In this document: piece by piece, positions 10,432 through 20,435 of the stretch | Layout of the letters: each line of letters starts with the position of its first letter | Numbering within the stretch: the stretch's first letter is position 1 | From: an uncultured Spirochaetota bacterium | GTDB taxonomy: Bacteria > Spirochaetota > Spirochaetia > SZUA-6 > Fen-1364 | NCBI GenBank assembly: GCA_963845535.1 | Contig: CAWJSK010000014.1 | Coordinates: 64,001-128,000, forward strand | Length of the DNA stretch: 64,000 bases | Direction: 5' to 3' | Program-made: the position numbers and the translations under genes | Notes under the pieces: model-generated | The model's database searches: none | What the model saw: only the letters and a program-made list of their open reading frames with translations | Told to the model about the DNA's origin: nothing

Positions 10432-11214
10432 TCAGTGTTTCCGCTTGAAGTCTTTTACCCGAAAGTCGCTGATGACCTCCCAGACGTGGGCAAGGTTGTC
10501 ATCAATTGTTTTCCTGGCATCCTCGGCCATATCCGTGTAGACGCGCTTCACCCGCTCGAGAACGACAAAAAGGTCGTTGAGGAAGAAAGCCGCCTCCAGG
10601 ACGTACTCTTTCTCATCACGCTCGATCAGCGTGTAGTTGCGGGGGAACTTGCGCAGTTGCGCAATGAGTCGGATGAGGAACTGCGGGATCTCATCATTGT
10701 CGGTGGAGGCCAGATAGTGCAGCTGCGAATCCAGGCTGAGCATCTCCGAGGAGCTCATGGAGTACATCGTGTCCTGAAGGGCGTCTCCGATCTGCTGCCA
10801 GCGGTCCCGAAGGAGGTTGGTGAGAGCGCCCAGGAGACGGCGCGTCTCTTCGCTGGCATCCTGGTGAAACTGAATATCCGGGTACTTGATGATCCTCTTG
10901 CGGTTCTCTTCGAGCACACGGTCTGCGATGCTGTGCTGTTTTTCCGGTTCCGGCTTGGCCGGCTCCATGGCCACTTTCTTTTCCTCCCTGTCGATCAGCT
11001 CCTCGATGGCGCTGATCTCAGCCATCAGGAAGGAAGAGATATCCACACCCGCACGCAGCGCGCGGATGTAGCGTTCTTCGAAAGCCTCTTTGAGCGTTTT
11101 TGGCTTGAAATACTTGTTAACGTAGGTGTCGTACCTTTTTCTGATTTTCTCTACCGCGCCCGATATTTCTCCAGGCGTCAGTTTTCTGGGGATCACACGC
11201 CCTTCATAGCGCAT
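10432..11214 (-). CDS. Hypothetical helical protein (start may be GTG at 11196)
   Basis: Long ORF with natural composition; the opposite-strand ORFs are shadows. Confidence 0.75.
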   Translation of the reverse strand: MRYEGRVIPRKLTPGEISGAVEKIRKRYDTYVNKYFKPKTLKEAFEERYIRALRAGVDISSFLMAEISAIEELIDREEKKVAMEPAKPEPEKQHSIADRVLEENRKRIIKYPDIQFHQDASEETRRLLGALTNLLRDRWQQIGDALQDTMYSMSSSEMLSLDSQLHYLASTDNDEIPQFLIRLIAQLRKFPRNYTLIERDEKEYVLEAAFFLNDLFVVLERVKRVYTDMAEDARKTIDDNLAHVWEVISDFRVKDFKRKH

Positions 11215-11229
11215 AGCGGCGCAAGGGTC

Positions 11230-11272
11230 AAGAAACCGCCGGAGGGTTGGTCCGACGGACGAGCCCTCCGGT
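11230..11272 (-). terminator. Probable intrinsic terminator after ssb
   Basis: CCGGAGGG...CCCTCCGG stem followed by GGTTTCTT on the minus strand. Confidence 0.6.
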
Positions 11273-11292
11273 GCAGTGTTCAGAGCCGTTTC

Positions 11293-11739
11293 TCAGAAGG
11301 AGGAAGCCTCCGCGAGCTCGGAATCCTCCGCGGTCACTTCCGTGCCGCCTTCAGCCGGCAGGTCTGTCTTTTCCTCTTCTTCCTTTCCATCTTTCCCGTT
11401 CTTGTTCTTGAGCTGGGGTTTGAACTCGACGTGCTCCGCGATGACGATGATGCGGGAATGGCTCTTCCCGTCAGGATCCGTCCACCTGTCCTGCTTCAGC
11501 CTCCCCACCACCCGCACGCCTCTGCCCTTCTTCAGGTATTCCCCGCACACCTCGGCGAGCCGCGACCAGGTTGTCACATCGAAGAAGGAGACTTCCTCCT
11601 GCGTTTCCTGGTCCTGTTTGAAGAAGCGATTGCATGCCACGGAGAACTTGCACATGGCAGTTCCCTTGGGGGTGTACGAAAGCTCGGGGTCCCGGGTCAG
11701 GTTGCCCTCGATCAGCAGGGAGTTGAGATTGTTCATCAT
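11293..11739 (-). CDS. ssb: Single-stranded DNA-binding protein
   Basis: EGNLTRDPEL.YT, EVSFFDV..W, YLKKG..V.VVGRLKQ, acidic tail ending in F. Confidence 0.96.
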   Translation of the reverse strand: MMNNLNSLLIEGNLTRDPELSYTPKGTAMCKFSVACNRFFKQDQETQEEVSFFDVTTWSRLAEVCGEYLKKGRGVRVVGRLKQDRWTDPDGKSHSRIIVIAEHVEFKPQLKNKNGKDGKEEEEKTDLPAEGGTEVTAEDSELAEASSF

Positions 11740-11846
11740 GCATTCCTCCTTGCGCCTGGAAGCTCCAAGCGCCTCACCCATTGAATACAGGGCGGACGGC
11801 GGGGTGATTGCGCGATTGTCGGAAAATGACGTACAGTGGCTTCTGA

Positions 11847-12807
11847 ATGGCCGAATTAGAAAAAAGGATAAGCGGGGACTGGTTCGAACTAAGAGAAAAA
11901 GCCGGAGACTTCCACGCCCTGCTCGACGCGCTTCCCCTTTCGCCTTCCCAGTTGCGGGACTCAGCCACCACGCTGCGGCTGTCCGTTGAGCAGGGCATCA
12001 TCGAGTTCAAGCGCAGCATGCTCAGCCCTGTCCTTGTGGCTTTGGAGACGGCCCGGTATAAGACGCTGGACGGAGAAGAGATGATCGAGCAGGAAGGATC
12101 ACTTACCGCCCTCCTTTTCGCCATCATGGTCCAGCGCCTGCTCGCGGTGGACCTGCTTCCCCGCGCTCGTCCCCGCGAGGAAGCGCAGCAGATCGCCACG
12201 GACACGCTGGAGGTCGGGGTAATCGTCGAAGCCGTCAAGATGAAAATCAAGGCCAACCCGGGCCTCCGCGCGAACCCCGCAATCAAGAACATCCTTGTGC
12301 AGGTGCAGGTCTACAACAAGGAGAACAAGAAGATGCGGGAGCTGCTCCCCATGATCAAGCCTGAGATGCGCGCGTCATTCCTGGCCAATTTCAGACCGGA
12401 CTTTCGGCGGGATTGTCGGAAGCATCCGCCGCCATTACGCCGCCTTCCTGCAGGAGGAGGCTGCTGCCTCAAAGAGCAGGCACGTGGGGTTCTCCCTTGC
12501 GGTCCTGCCGCTGAAGGACCTTGCGCCTCTTCTTGCAACACAGGCCCGGGAGATAGCGAGAATCCGTTCCACGCTGGCGCATGCACGGGAAGAGAAGTAC
12601 AGGACGCGTGAGGTTCTTGTCCGCCTCTACGACAGCAGACACCAGGTCCTGACGCTCATCGAAGACGAAGTGAAGATGTACCGGAGGATATGCAAGGAAA
12701 CCCTTCAATACGACCTGGACGCATGCGCGCTGGAGGTTTCCGTCGGGTTCCGTGACCAGGTCGTCGAGATTCTGGAAAAGCAGAGCAGGCGCGAGCAGCC
12801 TGCCTAG
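11847..12807 (+). CDS. Hypothetical protein, apparent frameshift at about 12396
   Basis: ORFs 11847-12611 and 12484-12807 join into one helical protein if one base is removed. Confidence 0.6.
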
Positions 12808-12822
12808 CACCGGCCGAAGCCT

Positions 12823-13122
12823 TCAGACCGTTACGGCCTCAATCCCGACAAGGCGCAGGTGGCCGTCCCGATAGACGTGCTTGAAGCGGAACTCGTTCTT
12901 GCGGGAAACGAACACCAGCTCCCCTTCCCGGAGATAGAAGTCATCCATCTCGCGCTCTACGTCCACCGCGTAGTAGCGAGTCAGGTAGTCCAGGAGGCGG
13001 TCCAGGTTGATCTGCTCGAAATGCTCCACGAGACGATTGAAGATCTCCCTGCTTCCCGTTCTCTCCAGGAAGTACATCTTCTGAGCCATAAAGAAGATGA
13101 TATGGTCCCGCGTGTGCTCCAT
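12823..13122 (-). CDS. Small hypothetical protein
   Basis: MEHTRDHIIFF...; natural composition. Confidence 0.6.
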   Translation of the reverse strand: MEHTRDHIIFFMAQKMYFLERTGSREIFNRLVEHFEQINLDRLLDYLTRYYAVDVEREMDDFYLREGELVFVSRKNEFRFKHVYRDGHLRLVGIEAVTV

Positions 13123-13216
13123 CGGTCTCTCTGTGTATCGACATGCCACCCCTGAAAAATGAAGGCGGCATAGGAACGATTGCCGAGTGTTGGTATACTA
13201 GCGGTGGAGGTGGAGC

Positions 13217-14314
13217 GTGGCGAAAGGATTCAGTCTTGAGATGGGCCCCTGGGTCTACCGGGCCAAGTTCTCCGAGGAAGACGCCTGGGAGGAGGCGTAT
13301 GTCGAGCAGCCCCACATGAGCCCCCAGCAGGAGGAAGCGCTCCCAGAGTCGGAGCGCGCGAAGCTCCTTCTGCGCAGGAACAACTTTCCTGATCTGCCGC
13401 TGGTGAACTACACCACGCAGTACGGGATGGGGTGCTTCGAAGGGCTGAAGGCTTTTCCGCAGACCGACGGCAGCCTCAAGCTCTTTCGTCCGGATGAGAA
13501 CGGCAGACGCATGGAGTCCTCCATGAAAGGGCTTGCCATGCCTCCCTTCCCCCAGCACATGTTCCTCGCCGCGGTGAGGACCGTGGTCGGGAGGAACCAA
13601 TCCATCGGATTCGCCCCTGCCTACGATCCTGAATGGGCAAAGGATGATTTCGTCTCAGGACGCTCAGTCTACGTGCGGCCGTTCAGTTACGCCGAGCCGG
13701 GGATCGGCGTGGGCATATCCCGCCACCCGTGGGTGATCGTGATCACCACCCCGGTCGGAGCCTACTTCGCGCCGGGCAACTCGAAAGCCGTCACGACCAA
13801 GCGCGTGCGCGCCACCCCGGGCGGAACGGGCTGGATCAAGGCGGATTCCAACTACGTCACGAGCGCGCTTGCAAAGAAGGAAGCCGAGTCAGCCGGCTAC
13901 ATGGAAGCGATTTTCCTCGATGCGCGAGAGCAGAAGTATTTCGATGAAGGTTCCTCGTGCAACATCTTCTTCCTGATGAAGAACGGCACCCTCGTCACCC
14001 CGAGCCTGGAGGACACCATCCTTCCCGGCATCACGCGCAAGAGCATCCTCGTGCTCGCAGCCGAGAACGGAGTGAAGACGGAGGAGAGGCGCGTTTCGGT
14101 GAAGGAAGTGTTCTCCGACGCGAAAGAGTGCTTCGTGGCAGGCACGGCGGCAGGCATCTCATTCATCGAGTCAATCACGCATGACGGCAGGGAAGCCGTG
14201 TTCGCTCATCGGCAGATGGGAGACCTGACACGCTCCCTCCTCAAGACGCTCAAAGGAATCCAGTACGGCGCGCTTCCTGACGCGCATGGCTGGATGTTCA
14301 CGACGTTGTGCTGA
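13217..14314 (+). CDS. ilvE: Branched-chain amino acid aminotransferase (class IV PLP)
   Basis: YGMGCFEGLKA, LFRPDEN, K..SNY, E.SSCNIF, ILPGITRKS, GTAA. Confidence 0.92.
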   Translation: MAKGFSLEMGPWVYRAKFSEEDAWEEAYVEQPHMSPQQEEALPESERAKLLLRRNNFPDLPLVNYTTQYGMGCFEGLKAFPQTDGSLKLFRPDENGRRMESSMKGLAMPPFPQHMFLAAVRTVVGRNQSIGFAPAYDPEWAKDDFVSGRSVYVRPFSYAEPGIGVGISRHPWVIVITTPVGAYFAPGNSKAVTTKRVRATPGGTGWIKADSNYVTSALAKKEAESAGYMEAIFLDAREQKYFDEGSSCNIFFLMKNGTLVTPSLEDTILPGITRKSILVLAAENGVKTEERRVSVKEVFSDAKECFVAGTAAGISFIESITHDGREAVFAHRQMGDLTRSLLKTLKGIQYGALPDAHGWMFTTLC

Positions 14315-14342
14315 GGCGCTGACGCAAGGGGTTTCTCTCGCC

Positions 14343-17300
14343 CTACCAGGAGAGTGTTCCGAGGTCCTTCGGGATGTCGCTTTCGATCTGCGGTACGAAT
14401 CCTGAGACGGGGTAGAGGATGCCCCTCTGGTTCAAGTAGGGAAGGTTTCTGGCCCCTACCGCCGGTGGGGGCGTGCCCGGAGTCCTTGTGAGCGAGTCCG
14501 CTATCTGAGAAGCATCCGTAAGGTAGACGAGCCCTTCTGATCTCTTGTTCCTGTCCCCCGTGCGGGATGCCAGCTTGTCCAGGGTGACACCGAGGTTGTT
14601 GTTCACCTTTATCAGCGTTTCCAGCAGAGACAGTTGCTCCGGCTTCTCCCCGGGAACCAGCGTGCCCAGCGCCGCCCGGTGCGCCTCGAGCCGGTCACGG
14701 AGGCGCAGGTAGTAGCCCTGGGCCGCAAAATAGTCCCCCCTCTGATAAAAGCAGTTGCCGATGGCGTACAACAGCGTCGCCGGCGCCTTGCCGGAGTAGT
14801 CCACGGGGGCCGTTCCTGACGGCACGAGGGGGGGCGGAGCATCCTGGTCCCGAGGATATCCCCACTCCTCTTCCGCCTTGGAGAAGCTCGCCAGCGCCGA
14901 CGCGTAATCCTTGCCGGCGTAGTGCGTGAAACCGATCTTGTAGTCCAGGGAAGGATCGAAATACTCGTTGTCGATTGCCTTCTGGTAGAGCGTGCGCGCC
15001 ACATCCAGGTCGCCGACGATGTAGTAGTTCAGGTCTCCCAGGTCCGCGTAGGGCCTGCCGAAGATGCTGCCGGTCGTGATGAGCTTGTTCGCCTGGTTCT
15101 CTTCCACCTTGGCGATGGCGGTCGTGAGCTCCTTTTCCGCGTCGATGTACTGCCCCTTCTCGTCATCAAGCTCCCCGAGCCTGGTGTGGGTGTCCACCTC
15201 CATGGCAATCCGCTTCGGGTTCAGCGTGTCCGTGGGACGGAGGCGCAGCAGGGCGGCCTTGAGGGCGGTCAGCTCGTCATCGGGCTGTTCGGTGAGCCGG
15301 TAGTAGCGGGCGAGGTTGTAATGGATCTCCGCCAGCCGGGGGTCGGCCTGGTCGGCCTTGAGGAGCACGTCCTTGGCAAAATCCAGCCGCCGATGGTCGA
15401 TCAAGTACCCGCCCAGCTCCGCGTACACGTCAGGGTTCACGCGCACGTCGGGACGGGAGGCAAAATACACCCGCAGGCGCTCGATCTCCTGCGCATCATC
15501 CGTACGGATGAACCATCGGAGCATCCGGAACAGAAGGTCGTCCCGACTGCCGTACCTGTCGATCAGCGTTGCGTAATCCAGCCGCGCGGCCTTGAACCGT
15601 GCTGAGTCTTTCTGGTCCATTTCCGCGGTGGCCCAATCCAGGTTATTGTCTCCCGCGGCAAGGAGCGCGTCGAAATCGTACTGGTCCTTGTCCAGAAGCA
15701 GCTTTAGCAGGTTGTCCGCTTTCTTGTAGTCCACGAGCTTCGTGGATTCCATCCGGGCGTAGTCCAGGATGCCCTTCCTGTCGCCGGGAAAGTCCTGCAG
15801 CAGAAGGTCGTATTTTTGCTCCGCCAGGGGGTATTGGCGCTTGTCCGCAAAAGCCTCGGCATACCGGTAGTACCAGCGCTTGATGCGCTGAAGACCGCGC
15901 GCCTTATCGAAGCTTTCGTTGGCAAGCGTGAAACGGTCCCCGAGGATATGGGTATAGCCGATGCGGTAGTTCACCGCGGCAGACAGCGGCCGGTACACGA
16001 GTCGGTAGCCCAGGAAGCCGATCAGCGCGGCGGCAAGGACCGTGAGGGCGAACAGTCGCACGAGCGGGTAGATGTTCTCCCGCAGCGCGTAGGCGAAGCT
16101 CCGCTGCTCGGCCTCGAACGCAGCGCCTGTCTTTTTCTCGTAGCCGGCGGGAATAGCAATGCGCTTTCCCGTGATGCGAGTCACGACGGCCGCTATCTGC
16201 TGGGCTGTGGCGCCCGCCACGAGCAGCGAGACGAGCCGGGTCAGGTTGGCGCCGGTGGCTTTCCCCTCGCCAATGACCTCCTGGACGGCCATCTTGAGGT
16301 TGCGGGGGAGGGCCTCCAGGGTTTTCTTGAGGCGGTTGAACTGGTCCTGGGTGAGGGATAGGTCGGGCTCCGCGCCGCCCAGCTCCGGAAGAGCGGCAGC
16401 TTCTTCCGGCGTCTCCGAGGGTTCAGCGCCGGGCCGTCCCGGGGGCTGCGCCGGCGGTTTTGGAGGGGCGGCTTCCGCGGGCTGCTCCTCCACTGCAAAC
16501 TGTCCGGTGGGCTCGGCGAAATTGAAGTCCTCGAGATTGAGGTTGGCAAGACCCCCCTCCGCGCCGGCTTCGGACGACTGTTCCGCGGACGCCGGTTCAC
16601 CCCCGGGCTCGAAGGGCGTCTCCAGGGCGGCTTCGGATGGCGCTTCCAGAGGGGCTTCCAGAACGGCATCCAGAGGCGGCAGGGCAGCTTCCGAAGACTC
16701 CCCCAAGGCGGCATCTGGTGGGGCCCCCAGGGCGGCATCTGGTGCCGCCTCGAAAGGCGGGAACGCGCCAGGAATGGACGGCACGGCCGGTTCTTCTCCC
16801 GGGCAGGCCTTCCTCCGCCAGTGGGCCCGGCGGAAGCTCCTCTTCACCTGCGCCGGCCATCGGTTCTGGCAGGCTCAAGTCTTCGAGGTTTGGCAACTCG
16901 ATGCCGGCCAGCGCTTCCTCCGAAGAGGGCGCCTCGGGCTCTTCCTCCGCGGAAGGCACCGAGGGTTCCCCGATGTCTTCCGGCAGCACTTCCATCTGGG
17001 AAAGGTCGGACTGCAAAGAAGCGGACTCGCTTTCCGGAAGGCTGAACTCGTCAGCGGGGAGGTCGCCCGTCGGACGCTCGCCAGTGGTTCCGGCTTCCTG
17101 GGCCTCGGCCGCGGGAGGAGCCAGGTCTTCAATGGGCGGGGTTGCGGTTTCCTCTCCGAACAGGGAGCCGAAGTCGAGCCCGGCATCCTCCGCGGAGGGT
17201 TGGGCGCCCGTCTCTTGCGGGGATTCAGGCTCAGCCGGTGTTTGCGCTGCCTCCGGCCCGGCGCCCAGGTCATCCAGGCTGGACAGGTCCAGCCCGAAAT

Positions 17301-17509
17301 CAAGGCCGCTTTCGTCTGCCGGAGCAGCAGGAGATCGGCTCACCAGTGGCGGCGCCGACGTCGAGCAGATCACGGATGCCTTCGGGAAGCGCGTCATCCG
17401 GCGGCCGCACGTCCTCGATGGTCTGCGACCTGCGCTCCATGATCTCGGGCTCTCCGCCGAGGGAGTTCAAGACCTCCTTGAACTTCTCGATGTCCTCTTT
17501 GCGCGGCAA
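14343..17509 (-). CDS. flcA: Periplasmic flagellar collar protein FlcA-like (acidic N-terminus, one TM, TPRs), two apparent frameshifts
   Basis: Three consecutive ORF pieces (17509-17300, 17397-16597, 16847-14343); LPRNLK motif, TM at RLFALTVLAAALIGFLGY, many TPRs. Confidence 0.7.
16615..16755 (-). repeat. Degenerate ~24-bp coding repeats in the flcA linker
   Basis: Encodes AAPDAALG APPDAALG ESSEAALP PLDAVLE APLEAPSEAALE. Confidence 0.55.
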
Positions 17510-17618
17510 CTCGTCTCCTGGTTCAAGTTTCGGCCAAACGGGTACCTGCCATGATTCAAGTCATGCCATTTCCCGACCGAATATTAAAGCAAAAGCCCCA
17601 GGACGTCCAACAGTGAGC

Positions 17619-18401
17619 ATGAAGACCATCAAGGGCCACACCACATCAACCTCCCGGAAACCGGGGCTTCCCCACCGCGGGAAGATACCCCTCCTTCACT
17701 GCTTTCTCTTTGCCTGCATGGTTGCGGGCGCCGCGGGCCGCCTTTTTGCAGCCACGCCTTTGACCCTGGATCTTGCCCTCAACGGCCTCAAGGCGGCTCA
17801 GCCGCCTCAGCTCGTGGATGACGTCCTGATCCTGAGCTACAGCCCGGATCATTCCCGCAACATCAGGTTCGTCGGCGCCCGGTTCGAGACCGAGGACTAC
17901 GCGGTCCTCCACTCATTTTCCAGGAACCAGTACGGGGTGTACGTGCTGGACTACGAGGTCCCCGAGAGCTCCCGTGTGATCCGCTACCGCCTCGTGGTCG
18001 ACGGGCTGTGGGTGAGTGACCCGACGAACCCTGATTCCGAAACGGATGACCAGGGCAACATGATATCGCTTTTCACGATCGAGAAAGAGCCCTCGCGGCC
18101 CATTCTCAATCCTAGACGGGAAGCCGACGGAAGCGTCACGTTCGTGTTTCGGGGCCTCCCCGGCCGGCGCGTGACCATCCAGGGGGACTTCAACAACTGG
18201 GACCCTTTCGTGAACCAGTTGACGGAAACGGAACCCGGCATGTATCGAATAACCCTTCACCTGCTCCCCGGGGGGCACTGGTACCGGTTCTTCTCCGACG
18301 GCCGGAGGCTGGTTGACCGGTACAACTCCGACACGGCGCGTGATCCTGACGGGCTGCCGGTGAGCTACTTCGAGGTTTTTCCCCCGCCGCCTGATCCCTG
18401 A
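17619..18401 (+). CDS. Exported glycogen-binding (AMPK-beta/CBM48-like) tandem-domain protein
   Basis: YRLVVDGLWVSDPTNP, V.IQGDFNNWDP, YRFFSDG; N-terminal signal-like segment. Confidence 0.8.
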   Translation: MKTIKGHTTSTSRKPGLPHRGKIPLLHCFLFACMVAGAAGRLFAATPLTLDLALNGLKAAQPPQLVDDVLILSYSPDHSRNIRFVGARFETEDYAVLHSFSRNQYGVYVLDYEVPESSRVIRYRLVVDGLWVSDPTNPDSETDDQGNMISLFTIEKEPSRPILNPRREADGSVTFVFRGLPGRRVTIQGDFNNWDPFVNQLTETEPGMYRITLHLLPGGHWYRFFSDGRRLVDRYNSDTARDPDGLPVSYFEVFPPPPDP

Positions 18402-19012
18402 TAGCTCGTTCCCCAGGAGTTCAACCAGAGAATCGAGTCAAGCGGTTTCCTGACCTTCCCCCGAGGTTGAAAGCCCGCTGCGGGATATCCAAGGGCGATG
18501 AGAGAGACCACTTTCACGTGCCGTGGGGCCCCTATGGCGCGACGGGCGCCTCTCCTGTTGAACCACCCGATCCAGCAGGTCCCCAGCCCCAGCTCGGCAG
18601 CGCGCAAGGCGATGTGCTCTCCTGCGATCCCGCAATCCAGCTGATACATGGCGCTGTCTTTCAGAGACTTTGCCGCTTCTGCCATGCCGGCTCTTTCCGC
18701 GCAGAGGGCGATGATCACCGGCGCGTTTGCGGCGAAACGCGTAGCAGAGAAGAGCCCGGAGAAGCATCTTCGGGCAAGCTCATCCCGCGACTTCGGCTCT
18801 TTGACCACGACAAACCGCCACGGTTGGCTGTTGCTTGCCGACGGCGCAAGGCGCGCGGCTTCCATGATTGAGAGGACGTGCTCGTCCGGCACGGGGCGCG
18901 TGTCATAGCGGCGGACGCTGCACCGCGCAAGGATCAGGGCTTCGAGCGGGGACAGCGGCACACAAGGGGAAGGAACGGGAAGCGGCGAGGCCGCCGCAAG
19001 CGGGCTGCTCAT
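18365..19012 (-). CDS. Nitroreductase family protein
   Basis: RCSVRRY, APSASNSQPWRF, LGLGTCWIG. Confidence 0.92.
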   Translation of the reverse strand: MSSPLAAASPLPVPSPCVPLSPLEALILARCSVRRYDTRPVPDEHVLSIMEAARLAPSASNSQPWRFVVVKEPKSRDELARRCFSGLFSATRFAANAPVIIALCAERAGMAEAAKSLKDSAMYQLDCGIAGEHIALRAAELGLGTCWIGWFNRRGARRAIGAPRHVKVVSLIALGYPAAGFQPRGKVRKPLDSILWLNSWGTSYQGSGGGGKTSK

Positions 19013-20292
19013 CCGGCGGCGTCCTGGTGGACTCGCTCCGTCCCTGCCTGAGCCTCTTCTCTCAGCCGGTGAATCGAGTCGAACCATTTCAGCGCGCTCT
19101 CGAAACGGAACGGTATCCTGTAGAGCCTTCCTTGGAACGTGAAATGCATCTTGTCTCCGGGGTCCACGGAGAGCGCTCCAACCGCGGACAGCGGCGCGGC
19201 AAGGGGAATGCCCAGCCGGGTGCGAAAGAGAAGCCGCCCGTTTGTCAGGAACGCCCTTCCGAATGCCAGCCGTCTCAGGTTGGGGAACTTGTCCTGGCGG
19301 AAGAGAAAGTGGGGGCGGGAGATGAGGAAGACCTGCTCCCCGGGGGCAAGGCCCAGCCGCGCTTCGGTCCTGATTGGCGTGAACGGCATCGCCTTGATCC
19401 GGGCATAATGCTGGGGGAGGCTGGTCCAGATCCCTTCGGCTTTCCCATCCTCATCCACGGGGGAAAGCCTGCATGTCACGTCGATCACCCAGGAGGAGAA
19501 GCAACTGGAGCACTCCACCCTGTTCGTGCTGAACGGCCGCACGACCTTCAGCCCTTCCAGCGTTCCGCAGCTCGGGCACCGGTACAGCACGTGCGTCACG
19601 TCGACGGCAAGACCCTTGAACGTGAATTGCGAGGTGTCGACCTGCCTGCCGTAGTCCTGGGTCTGGATTGCGCGCGTGATGTCCTGGGCTATCGTCTCAT
19701 CGTCATCCGGGATGCTTTCGGGCACATACAGCCGGGAGAACGTCGCCTTCACCGGAAAACGCCTCCATCGCCTGGCCCAACGAGGGTACACGAAATACGC
19801 CCCATCGAACCGGCAGACGTAGACGGGCGCCCGCAGCTTCCTGATGAGCTTCGCAATTCCATGTGAGATGGGCTGCGTGGTTCCGTCCCACGACCTGACC
19901 CCTTCGGGAAAGACCCCGATGAGCCCGCCCCTTTCAGCAATGGAAAAGATGGAGCGCAGCGCGGTGATGTCGGAGGCTGCCTTGCGCTTGGGGAATGCCC
20001 CGAACCACCGGATGAGCCGGCCGAGCGCGCGCTGGCGGAACAGGTCCTCGGTTGCGGCGAAATACACCGGGCGCCGCAGAAGGATGTAGAGCCAGATGGG
20101 ATCAAACAGCGTGGTGTGATTGGCAAGGATGATGCCTGTCCCCGTCTGCGGCACGACGGACGCATGGACCCGTTCGAGCTGGAAATACTTGATGATGAAA
20201 CCGCGCAAAAGGGTGGTCATCACCCGGTAGAAAATGCGGTTGACCAGCCTGACCTTTTTGAAAGCAGGGGACGCTGCGGCTGGTTCGTTCAT
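19009..20292 (-). CDS. Lysophospholipid acyltransferase (PlsC-like) with C-terminal zinc-ribbon extension
   Basis: ANHTTLFD (HX4D), VFPEGVRS; YRCPSC...ECSSC. Confidence 0.88.
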   Translation of the reverse strand: MNEPAAASPAFKKVRLVNRIFYRVMTTLLRGFIIKYFQLERVHASVVPQTGTGIILANHTTLFDPIWLYILLRRPVYFAATEDLFRQRALGRLIRWFGAFPKRKAASDITALRSIFSIAERGGLIGVFPEGVRSWDGTTQPISHGIAKLIRKLRAPVYVCRFDGAYFVYPRWARRWRRFPVKATFSRLYVPESIPDDDETIAQDITRAIQTQDYGRQVDTSQFTFKGLAVDVTHVLYRCPSCGTLEGLKVVRPFSTNRVECSSCFSSWVIDVTCRLSPVDEDGKAEGIWTSLPQHYARIKAMPFTPIRTEARLGLAPGEQVFLISRPHFLFRQDKFPNLRRLAFGRAFLTNGRLLFRTRLGIPLAAPLSAVGALSVDPGDKMHFTFQGRLYRIPFRFESALKWFDSIHRLREEAQAGTERVHQDAAG

Positions 20293-20435
20293 CGGGCCAA
20301 AGATACTGATTCGCACCTGTCAACGCAAGCGGGGAAGGCACGTGGGAAAGCCGGAGGGGGTGCAGGCTCTTGCTTCCTGCTTGCGCGCGCTGCCCATCCG
20401 TCCTACCATCCGATCACGCTCTGGAGGTACGCCCC

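Noticed and set aside
10435..11784. 449-aa plus-strand ORF and many similar long antisense ORFs (e.g. 41483-43186, 9048-10127, 23807-24892)
   Set aside because: Shadow ORFs of high-GC genes on the opposite strand; no recognisable motifs
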